A stretch of 64,000 nucleotides of DNA from Massalongia carnosa (taxonomy: Eukaryota), in NCBI GenBank assembly GCA_965645245.1, contig OZ287085.1:1178001-1242000 (forward strand), read 5' to 3'. Below, in pieces: positions 34,476-45,600 of this stretch (positions are counted from its first letter, which is position 1; every line of letters starts with the position of its first letter). A program made the translations under genes and the position numbers. Under the pieces are notes generated by a model. That model ran no database searches. It was not told where the DNA came from and was given only the letters and a program-made list of their open reading frames with translations.

Positions 34476-37400
34476 TTAACAATCCTCCACCACACCCTCC
34501 TCCTCCTCCTCCTCCTCCTCCACCTCATCCACTACACCCTCTTCCTCCTCCTCCTCCTCCACCTCATCCACCACACCCTCCTCTATCATACCCTCCTTCA
34601 CCTCCTCGCTTGATGGAAGCCTACCCCTTCTTGTGCGCGTAGCAATCCTCTTATTCCTAACGCGTTGCTCGGAAATGGAGTTTCTGTTATTGTAAGTTCG
34701 TTTCTTACTTTTCTGTATAATAATTAGCTCAAGAAGACATGAAAGTAAGTGACTCGATGCTTACATCTCGCGCTGAGACCTGCTCAACCTGCGATGACCC
34801 GATCTGCGTTAACTGGTCCTCGTCATTGTTATCGTCTTCTTCATCACTAATGTAGACCTTCTGAAAAACCTGTGTTAGGTCTTCATGTCGCCTTTGCATC
34901 TCATTAGTCAAATCCTCAAGACTCACGCTTTCTTCTTCTTCCAAATCTACGTGTAAACTTGCATCTGCATTCTCCTTCTGATCGTAGAAACGAACCATCA
35001 TCATCGCGGAGAATGTATCCGGATGAAAATTCTTGCGATGATCGTAAAGGGCTCCCGCAACGCTAAAAACGCGCTCACATCCTACGCCAGCGGCTGGTAC
35101 AGCAAGGATGTCCCTGGCAACCATACTCATTTGTGGAAATTTCGGCTCGAGATCTTTCCACTGTTGTAGAATAGGACCCGAACGATCATGCATCGCTGTG
35201 TATTGTAAATAAGTTGAACACAATGAGAAAAGACCTGATTTATTATATCAGTTAACCTACCTCGCTGACGATAGCAGTTGAACTCGTCATCTAGAGCGAG
35301 CGGAGTAGCATTATTCGTACTCAGAAGAAGATCCAGATTATTCAAGTCTCGAATGACCGCGACATTACGCCCGCGTACTTGTGAGGTTTGAGAATTCTCG
35401 TAGATATCGAATTCCGCTTCCAGAGATTGCCAATATTGATCTTCCCATCGACTTTCCCCATAGGGCGCATCCCAATTGGGACCCTTGAAAATTAGGTCCT
35501 TCTTATTGGGAGATAGCAATGCCGCCTTTCCATATAGATAACCTAATGACCTCTGAGTTTTAGAATAGTATTGACGTAATTTCGTTGCAGCCGCCTCGAT
35601 GATGCCATTCAATAGCGCCCGTTTCCACGATACTCGCTTACGAGATAATCTTGCGCGAGCTTGATCCAGATGATCGAACAGCTTATTGTAGATCTCGAAC
35701 ACCTGATAAATGGTCGGTTGCTTTGATTGACCAATCATCTTTGTGAAGACGCAGTATAGCTTCGTTAAATCGATAAGATATTCTATCTGTGACCATTCCA
35801 CGTCGAGCAATCTCAAATACTCGGCTTCATGATTATCATGATATCTATTCAGCGCTTGTCGCAACTTGAGCGCTCGAATTAACATGTGACATGTGGAGTC
35901 TCATCGAGTATTTACATCTTGAAAAAGCTTAAGTACTGTACCGCTGACCGAGTTTCCAGTGCGTCTCTCTTCGTCATTCAATGCTCGTTGAACAGCGTAG
36001 AAGTTCTCCTTACGTAAATTGCTACTGTTAATGTAAACAGCTAATTCTCGAACCTAATCGAAATTCAGAACGACTACCACAACGACTACCACAAAATAAA
36101 TCTTGCCTTAGCTAGCGTAAGGGGAACTCCAGGTGTCGGGTTTTCGAAATCCCGTCTATCTTGCTTATCATCCCAGCTAGTTTTGAAATCGGCATTTTTG
36201 GGATTAATGTGAATACACCCAAGTAGCTGTTTCACGGCAAGTTAAATTACATGCGATAAACAAGGCACTCGCTGTATCTCATTGGCATCAGTGTATAGAA
36301 GTGCCAAGGCTCGATTGCTTCGTATCATTCGTCGCAACTCATCTACCATCGTTGTGTTATTAGATGCACTGTCCGTGGTTAATGCCAAAACACGATCTTC
36401 AATAGAATGTCTAATTAAAACGCTGTTCAATACTTCAGCAAGTTTTATTCGCGTGTGTGAGCCTTCAACGTGTTCGAAGGCAAGCAGCACTTCGTGATAA
36501 TTCCATTTATCGTCAATGAAGTAAGCATTGATGGCCAGATAACCTTGACGATTAAATGACGACCAACAATCCAAAGCCAGAGAGACCTTTGAACTACCCC
36601 TAGGTAGCCTCTCGAGCAAAAGCGGAATAATCTCTTGACTTCGGGTCAGCAAGCGATTCTTGATTGTCGATGGTGAAGGAAAGTGTACATTATCGAGCAG
36701 ACAGTTGAACGCTCTTTGCAATTCGACATTGGCGACACTTCGTAACGGTAGCCCAAGAGCAACAATCATACGAAGCAATTGAGGCGTGAAATCATCCTTT
36801 TTTAGTCTACGCCCGTTGAGAGTTAAGGCCTCTTGTCTTTTTGCTTCAATCTAATATTGATTAGCAAAGCACGTAATGTGGTAGTCATTGTGGTAGTCAT
36901 ACTTCGGCACGATATCCAACCTTTAAGGAAAGTTGCTTCATTCCTTTCAATGTCGACGTCTTTTTACAGGACTCGGAATTTAAGAGATTAGTCTGTTGAG
37001 AATTGAGCCGAGATGTCTGCTTATTAATAAGAGCACTAACCGAATGCGGATCAAGCACTAAGGGTTATTTCGGCCGTGGCAACACATCACTAATCATTCG
37101 AGATGTCATCCATCTGCCAGCTAAAGGAGGCAAAACGGAATATATTGTTAGATGGTGAGGCTACCATTGGTTAGATGGCCAGGCTACCATCAATATAGGC
37201 ATCCATCGTGAGTCACACGGGTGTCTACCAGGCACCTATGGAGGTGCCTAACAGGCAGCTATGGGAAGCCTACAGCATTACTGCTGTGTGACTGCTATAA
37301 AAGCAGGTAGATAGCCCACATAGATAATAACCCTCAATGACATGTATGCTTCTTATTTGCCCTACTTCCGTTTCATGATCAATAGCCTGGTGTTTCAACA

Positions 37401-37725
37401 TAGTCATGCAGTTATTTCCGGAGCCCAGTGAGGGATGAGTCAAGACCAGGGAGCATCGCGAGCAGATTATTTTGGGATTACCATCGCCCACAGTGGCGCC
37501 TTCCTGAAACTCTTTCCATTCCGCCGCCTTTCTTTTGGTCGATCCCCAATCGATCTTCTTCATCGCCTTTCTACTCTTCTCTTCATTAGCAAAATGCCAT
37601 CTCGTACTTCACCACCATTCCATAAACTCCTCGCTCTTCTCGGCCACATATGGGTAGCATCTGGTGGGTTTGCCCACAACTTGAAGATGGTATATCTCTG
37701 AATCTATCATCTGCGAGCTGCTCAT
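34476..37725 (-). pseudogene. hAT transposase (BED finger, DDE, dimerisation domain), intron-containing and disrupted
   Basis: CSRC...C BED-like finger, LALDCWS, PCLSHVI, TR*DST (W>stop), ARDILAVPAAGVGCERVFS, acidic tail. Confidence 0.9.
36994..37400. mobile_element. Copia-type solo LTR (407 bp) inserted in the hAT BED finger
   Basis: TGTTG...CAACA with TSD TAGTC. Removal restores the frame CMT-NLLNSESCKK. Confidence 0.88.
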
Positions 37726-38019
37726 TGTTGTGAATGACGAGGATTGTATATATAGGAATGTATATATAGTATGTAGCAGTAGGAATGTAGCAGTAGGAAT
37801 GTAGCAGTAGGAATGTAACTTCATTGACTAGATTATGCTGCGATAAAGCATTAATAACTACGTTTACGTTCTAAACACTCAATCAAATCCAACGCATGCA
37901 TACATATTCCACCTAAACTAGCCAACCCAACCTAGTCATACTGAACCTAACCATACCCAACCTAACCTAGTTGCCACGCGCGACCACTGATAACCTGTCT
38001 GCTTGCCTGTTTGCTTTTA

Positions 38020-39860
38020 CGAGGTGCTTAGGGACAGTCCCCCCCGACCGTCCCCCCCCCCCCCCCCCTTGAGGTAAATCTTTGCTAGTAAACAGCCATT
38101 TCACTGCTTATCCAGGGTGCGTACAAGCTAGTAATGCAACTGCCAACAGCACATTAAACTCTTTTCGGTTTAAATCGTATGACGTGTTATTGCTACTAAT
38201 AATTACCCTACTCGGTCTGATAAAGCATACCCTCACCCTCACCCTCACTTACCATTTGCCCTTGCCTATAAGACAATCGGTGCAGAAAATATGTGATGAG
38301 GTGCGGAAAAAACAGTTAGATCAGGAGATTTTGTGCAATCAACAGTGAATACGCAATCCTAGATTGATCGATAGAAATGCTTTTACGCTACTCATTGGGA
38401 AAATTACGCATCATGCCATTGGCCTCGTTTCAAGAGAACTCGATGCCGCCAAATCATTAGCTGAACGAATCCTTTCTATTGTCCCTGATGGTGGAAGCTG
38501 TGTTTATGATTGTGAATTGCCTTTAAGGTACGGTCTCCCATGCAAATGCTGGTTGTATAACTGCATCATCGACTCGGTCCCTATTCCCGTTTCCCTCATC
38601 CACCCCCGCTGGTTTTTTTATGGCCCACCTTATGTGGTCTCTTGGCAAATGACCTTCGATTTCGCTCGCGGCTCGGAGCCCGAGGTCGAAATGATCGTCG
38701 ATGAGGTCGAAGGAACGGGAGAGATTGAGGCGGATAAGGATAAGGTCGAGCTCGAAGAAGGCATGTTGAGTGAGGATAGATTTCGCCGCGGGGGCCTTGA
38801 TTTGCTACGTTCTGTGGCATATCAATCTATTGGCCTGCATCAATCAATACAAGATTCTCATCGAAAAGAGGAGTACGCTCGCGAGCATGCTCACATCGTT
38901 GAAAAGTTCAATAAGAAATGGCAAAAGAAGGAGCTGGTAAGACCTCTCATCCCCACCACATTCCCCGACGAAATTCGGCCCAAAGAAAACCTCATGTATA
39001 AGAAAGGAGGGAGTCGTCGACGTGCCTACACTGGTCGCGCGGCAGCTGAGGCTAGAGAAACTGAACAGCGACGTACTAGGCGAAGGGACTCTATTGAACA
39101 AAGGAGGAGGCTTAGATATAATAGATTGCGTGCTGGGGCCGACGATGAGGTTGAAGGTGAAACAGAAGGTGAAACAGATTGTAAAATTCACGATGTTGCA
39201 AAGTTATTGCGCTCGGGTCGGCTAATATTGGGTACAATAGGTTTAGGAGAAAAATTAGTTATGGAGAGAATTGAAAACGCGTCTATCGTCTCCGACGACG
39301 ATGACGAGGTGCAGTATATAAGCACTCAGCCCATTCTCGGTCGCTCTATGGATCCTATGCTTCCTTCGGATGACGAAAATGATATTATTCTTACATCAGA
39401 AGCATCGTCGGATTCGCTCGAAGATATTGACGATGTGCTTGCCAAGCATAGTCAAAAAGCCCTACCTCAGGCAGCGCCGCCTCCATCTCTTTATAGTCTT
39501 AGCCAAAACGTGCGCGCCAGTCAAATTCTCCCTACTTCCTCTGCAACAACGCGAAGGTCTCGGGGTGTGGCGAAGAAATCAAAGGCTCAGTTGGAGTTGG
39601 AATCTCAACAAAGAGTCGAGAAATCAGTCAAACAGGCTAGGGCTCAAATGAGAAAGGTGACCAAAACCATGAAGCCTAGAAAAGATGATGTATCGCAATT
39701 GGCTGACGAGTTTTTGGAGTTGAAGTCATCGCAATAGGTAGATTTGTAGGTGTTGAATACACTTAGTCAGTAATAGCAACATTATTAATACGTAGTGTAA
39801 CTGCTAGCTTGTACGCACCCTGGATGAGTAGTAAAATGGCGACTGTCCCTAAGCATCTCG
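38020..39860 (+). mobile_element. Internally deleted Mutator-like element (MULE-2)
   Basis: Imperfect TIRs CGAGGTGCTTAGGGACAGTC...CCAGGGTGCGTACAAGCTAG and 9-bp TSD TTGCTTTTA. ORF 38364..39737 has CELPLRYGLPCKCW...IHPRW (MULE transposase C-terminal half) but no DDE core. Confidence 0.85.
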
Positions 39861-40544
39861 TTGCTTTTAGATATGGCACCGAAGACTCCGCGCAAGCGTA
39901 CGCGCAAACCTGCGCGAATTCCAAACCGAACACTCGACAGAATACCCGGACCAGGTGCCAGAACTGGTGCGATAAGAAAACCAACCACCAGGAAGAGTAT
40001 GCCTGGTGGTAAGTAGATGGTATAGTTGAGAATACATAAGATACTAACGCCGATCGCCACGTTGATAAGTCAAGGTTATTGATTACCATTACTAAGCATG
40101 TGATTTGGGTAACCCAATGAAAACCCAACCCGAACCCAACCCAACCCAACAATAACCCAACCCGAACCCAACCCATCATTGGGTTTTGTTCTTTACGTGA
40201 GAATGCAACCCAACCCAACCCATTCCGCGGCGTACCCAACAATAACCTAAACCGAACCCAACCTATCATTGGGTTGGGTTCTTTACGTGATAACCCAACC
40301 CAACCCAACCCATTCCGTGGCGTAGAAACTCATGTTAATATTCGATTTAGGTTGAAAAGAAGTCTCGATTGAATTAGATATAATCGATGATTTCAGAGTT
40401 TATAAATAATTTAAGATTTAAGACCGGTTTTACAGTTTTTAAATACACTATGCTCATTTTCTTTCTTTCTTCAACTTTATTGATCGAGATCGATATGATT
40501 TTTGTATTATAGCAAGATAGTTTTGAAATAATTATCTTGAGAAC

Positions 40545-40713
40545 TGTGACGAAGCGAGATAGTGAATAGATAAATATATTGCGCCACCTGTCCTCCCGAC
40601 CAAAAGGCACAATACCTAGTCCGCAGATCAAGCTTTATTATACTATAACTAGGACTCCTGCTATGTTCGCTGTAGGTCCTGCCGTCTACAATACGCATAG
40701 TCGAACTGTCACA
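40545..40713. mobile_element. Solo LTR (169 bp) in AT-rich relic DNA
   Basis: TGTGAC...GTCACA termini, TSD AGAAC/AGAAT with one C>T difference. Confidence 0.65.
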
Positions 40714-41471
40714 AGAATGATCGTCTCGCTTATCGGATTGATCGTGTTCTTTTTATAGAATATCTTGATGTGATCGATTTTGTCGGACTTATTAAATGTT
40801 TTCTTATTCATTCAACATTTATCTTTTTTATAAGTCTTCTGACATTTGATGCACTTAAATGTGTCTTTGTTGATTGAGATCAAGAAATTAAATTTTCTTT
40901 TCGTTTTCATCTTGTTATCGGAATTCTCTTCGGATTTTTTTCTCTTTTGAAACTGTCATGAAATCGAACCAACCCGATCCAGAATCAATCCCGCAGATGA
41001 ATCTGACTAAGCTCCCGTTCCTCTATTCAGCTTAGTCAGAATCTCATTAACTAAATCGAGTTTAGACCCCTCTCAACGGCTTCAGGTCAAAGCTGTACCA
41101 TCACCATCAAAGCGTACCAACGACAGGAGAACCTCATCTCCACCTTTTATCGTCAAACACCTCGTCAAACCTTCGTGCCGTACGTCTCCTAATAGGGGGA
41201 GATGAACACTGATCGAATCTTCATGCAAAGGGGTTCGAGACAAATATAAAAGGAAGGACAAGTTAATTAGATAGTTGACTCCTTGTCCGACGTCTTGTAT
41301 AGCAATCCATCACCTAGCTATAGCCTTATTAATAAAGACATCTTGATCACCCAATCCAATTCCTAGGAACATTAGTTCAATCCCCTGCCCAGTCCTTGAC
41401 ATTACGTCGGACCCACATCGAAAGGTGCCTTTCATAGCACTAGCCCCTGTCCCCCCTCATATTCCACCATC

Positions 41472-42665
41472 ATGTCTTCGTCTTCAGAAGAGATGACCGT
41501 CCCCCAAAATCCTCTCATCGACGAGAACGTGAAGTTGTTTCAAAACCAGTTCCAAACCAATCCTGAAGCATTCGTCGCGGAAATACGACGACTTCAAGAC
41601 GAGGTGGCCCGGTTGCAGGCCGCCCCAGCTCCCGACCCCCCTATACCCACTCCAGCATCAACCTCGTCTCCCTCGTCCGTTCCAGCAATGGACCCTCAGA
41701 TAGCTGCCCTCCTGCAGCTCCTTTTGACCCGGAATTCCGAGTCCAAAACCGATCTTCGTTCCGAAAAACTTCCCGACATCTCCGAGTACGATGGAGATGA
41801 AGCCAAGTTGGACTCCTGGGAACAGAGCCTGATTCAACGGATGCACGTTAATCATGATCGATACTCCACCGATGCCTCCAAGATTGCATACGCGGAGAAT
41901 CGGCTCACCATCGGGAAACGAGCTCACACCCTTATGAATGCGTATCGAGTGGATGGCATTTGTAGACTCACCACCTTCTCCGAATGGCGTTCTGCTCTTC
42001 GCCTAGCCTGCGGCAACCCCTTCGAACAAGAGGATGCCCGTAAGTACCTTCGAGAAACCCTCAAGCAGGGCTCTCTGAGTTTCGAAGAGTACAACACTCT
42101 CTTCTCTCAGAAAAAAGACCGATCCAGAATGGAAGACGCTTCGTTGATTGATGCCATGAAGGCAAACATCAACTACTCCGTTCAAACCGCGGCCGTCCAC
42201 TACCGAGTCCCCGGCACCAATCTGGAGCCAATCACCTTCGACGAGCACGTCGCAATGTGGTTAAGCACGGACCGGAAAATCCGTCAGATCCGTCATCTGG
42301 CACCCAAGGCCACGACTCCGGCCACATCAGCTCCCGCCAATCGAAGAAACGGCACCAACCTTCCTGCTGCCCCTTTCCCCCGCACTGTCGTCACGGGCAC
42401 GGTCACCCCATTGATCCCAACCCCCGCCTTCCCCCCAGCTGGAGACCCCATGGACCTAAGTCAGGCCATGGCGGCTGTCAAAGGTCAGTCGTTGAAAACC
42501 GAGGGAGTAAGGAAGATCTGCGAGAATTGGAACCTGTGCTTCTATTGCAAATTGCAACACCTCGGGTCGGCCTCCGACTGTCCAAATAAGCCTACCAAAC
42601 GCCTTCGCAACATGGAAGTCGTCTCGACCCTCACTCCCGAGACTGACGACTCGGGAAACGTCTAG
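41472..42665 (+). CDS. gag: Gag of gypsy-4
   Basis: EKLPDISEYDG, LKQG, GDPMDLS, CFYCKLQHLGSASDC. Confidence 0.93.
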   Translation: MSSSSEEMTVPQNPLIDENVKLFQNQFQTNPEAFVAEIRRLQDEVARLQAAPAPDPPIPTPASTSSPSSVPAMDPQIAALLQLLLTRNSESKTDLRSEKLPDISEYDGDEAKLDSWEQSLIQRMHVNHDRYSTDASKIAYAENRLTIGKRAHTLMNAYRVDGICRLTTFSEWRSALRLACGNPFEQEDARKYLRETLKQGSLSFEEYNTLFSQKKDRSRMEDASLIDAMKANINYSVQTAAVHYRVPGTNLEPITFDEHVAMWLSTDRKIRQIRHLAPKATTPATSAPANRRNGTNLPAAPFPRTVVTGTVTPLIPTPAFPPAGDPMDLSQAMAAVKGQSLKTEGVRKICENWNLCFYCKLQHLGSASDCPNKPTKRLRNMEVVSTLTPETDDSGNV

Positions 42666-45600
42666 ACTCTGCGCATCGTCGCGCGCAGAGCCCTATTTTA
42701 ATTTCTTCTTGTCTGTTAGCCAACTCGTTTTCTCCCCCCCTTCAATCAAACACTCGTTTTTCCGCAGCCTCCGCTTTGGAGCTGTTTGAAACCGAAGAAG
42801 CGTTTCGAGATAGCCACCTAGTGGTATCATGTATCTTACGTATAGGTAGATCTCGAATTCAAGCTCTCAATCTGATTGATTGTGGTGCATCTGGCTATGC
42901 ATTCATTGACAAGAAGTTTGCGCAAACTCACCAAATCCCCCTTCATCCCCTCAAATACGCCCGACGCCTTGAAGGCTTCGACGGTCAGCCGGCTCTGACT
43001 GGAAATATCACTCATGTGGCCGAGGTAATCATGGACTTAAACGGACATGTAGAAAGATTATTCCTTTTCGTAACAGGACTGAAAACCTACCCCATCGTCC
43101 TGGGACACCCGTGGTTGCGACGACATCAAGCTCTCGCTGATTTCGAGTCCAACTCTCTCTCCCTGTCTTCCTCTTTCTGCCTGGCTCATTGTAGCCCTCA
43201 TCCAGTCAAGGTGAAGGCCTACACGGGCGAGAAATTCCTATCTCCTGCGGAAAGTCAGGAAGTATGGGAATCGGAAAACTACTCGTCCAATAGTCAAATC
43301 CTGTCCGAAAAACCTGTCCTGTCCGATAAAACCACGCCGCGCGATAGTAAGACAACTTCTCTCGAAAATCAGGACATCAGTCGTATCGAAAAAGCGATTG
43401 AACAGGGCGACTCACCGAAAATCCGATATCGAAGTCCCTCTTCGTATCGCACCTCCACTCAGCGACATGCTGCCCAGCAGAATCGCAATCCTCCTGTTTT
43501 GGACGTCTGTGAAATCGGCGCCCTCAACTTCAACTATCTCGGACGAAAAAAGAGTCACGAGATGTTTGCTCTCTCCTTGAAAGAAATCGATCACTTTCTC
43601 GGCCTGACTCAACCTGAACCTAAGCCTGAACCCAAACCCGAATCTCGCCTTCGTCAAGAGACTGACTGGGCACACTCGAAACCAACCTACCAACCCAACC
43701 CCCGGTCCAGCCCTAGTGAAAAGAAATATCACTTAGCCCTGTTCCGTATGAACCAGGCTCTGACACAGTTATGTTCAGTGACCGAACCCGAACCTCAACC
43801 CTTGACACTGCAATCATCAGTGACCGCCGAAGAACTGAACGCTTATCGTGAGCGAAAGAACGTCGACCCAGCCCCCCTTCTACCCAAACAGTATCACGAC
43901 TTTCTGGATGTCTTCTCCAAAAAAAAATCGGACGTCCTGCCCGAACACCGACCCTACGACCATGCCATAAAGCTAAAAGAAGGCTCTCCAATCCCGAATC
44001 AAGCTCTTTATGGCATGAGTCGAACCGAAATCGAAGAACTCCGACGCTACCTTGATGAGAACCTGTCGAAAGGCTTCATCCGAGCTAGTAAATCCCCCGC
44101 TGCCTCCCCAGTCATGTTCGTAAAGAAGCCAGGAGGAGGACTTCGCTTCTGTGTCGACTATCGAGGCCTCAATGCCATCACGATTAAGAATCGGTATCCG
44201 CTTCCCCTGATCACCGAAACCCTGAATCGCCTGAGTCGGGCTAAGATATTCACCAAGCTGGACATTATTTCAGCGTTCAATCGGCTCCGCATCAAGGAAG
44301 GAGATGAAGAACTCACCGCATTCAGAACCCGTTTTGGCCTCTTCGAATCCCTGGTCCTACCATTCGGCCTCTGTAACGGCCCCGCCTCCTTTCAACACTT
44401 CATCAATGATACTCTTCGAGAGTATCTCGACGACTTTTGCACGGCCTATCTAGATGACATTCTCATCTACAGCGAAATTGAAGGCGAGCATGAAATCCAC
44501 GTCAAACGTATCCTCATCAAGCTGAGAGAAGCCGGGCTGCAAGTAGACATCACCAAATGCAAATTTCATGTCACAGAAGTTGCCTATCTCGGACTAATCG
44601 TAACCACCGAGGGAATCAAAATGGACCCCGCTAAAATCGAAACAGTAACTCATTGGCCAATACCGATCAATATGAAAGATGTACAAAGCTTTCTGGGATT
44701 TGCTAACTTCTATAGACGATTCGTATACGGCTTTAGTAAGATAGCCGGCCCACTGACGAATCTAACCAAAAAGGAGGTCAGCTTTCAATGGACTGACAAA
44801 TGTCAACAGGCATTCGAAACTCTAAAAAAAGCTTTCACCTCGGAAATAATACTGATGCATTTCGATCCCGATCGTCCTATCATCGTGGAAACCGATGCTT
44901 CGGACTACGTCTCTGGTGGTATCCTTTCTCAGTATGACAACGAGAACGTGCTTCGCCCCATCGCATACTTCTCCAAGAAACACAACCCGGCCGAATGCAA
45001 TTATGAGATCTATGACAAGGAACTCATGGCCATCGTCCGATGCTTCGAAGAATGGAGACCGGAATTGGAAGGTTCTGCTCACCCCATCAGCGTTATCTCA
45101 GATCATAAGAATTTGGAATACTTCGCTTCAACCAAACAACTCAGTCGTCGTCAAGCTCGCTGGTCCGAATTCTTATCCCGATTTGACTTTAAAATAGTCT
45201 ATCGACCCGGAAAAGCTGGTGGAAAACCAGATGCACTGACTCGTCGCTCAGGAGACCTCCCTAAAGAGGGGGATGAAACTGATGAAAGACATAAACATCA
45301 GCATCAAACCATCCTGAAAACTCATAACCTGGACGACGAAGTGGCGAAACGTTTCTTATCCACGATTATCCTAGCCCCCGCGTTCATCGAACAGGATCCC
45401 GAGTCCGTTGAACATGATCACGAGTTCATTGAACCTGAACCACAGCTGGATCAGCCTGCCGACCAAACCAATCCTGGCCAAGACCCGACCGACGTCCCAA
45501 CTCAGCTGTTATGGGAACAAGCTCTGGAACAGGATCAATTCTCTCTGAAAGTTCTAGACATGCTTCGCAATAATGTCAGATATCATAACGGCATTCAGCT

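Larger units (their letters stand above)
33924..40324 (-). mobile_element. hAT transposon carrying a nested solo LTR and MULE-2
   Basis: TIR TACGCCGCGGAATGGGTT / AACCCATTCCGTGGCGTA, 8-bp TSD GAAACTCA, (AACCC)n subterminal repeats. Confidence 0.93.

Noticed and set aside
34215..34613. His/Leu-rich plus-strand ORF
   Set aside because: Antisense of the Glu-rich low-complexity tail of the hAT transposase.
39763..40308. 181-aa GWVG-rich ORF
   Set aside because: Translation of the hAT subterminal AACCC repeats.
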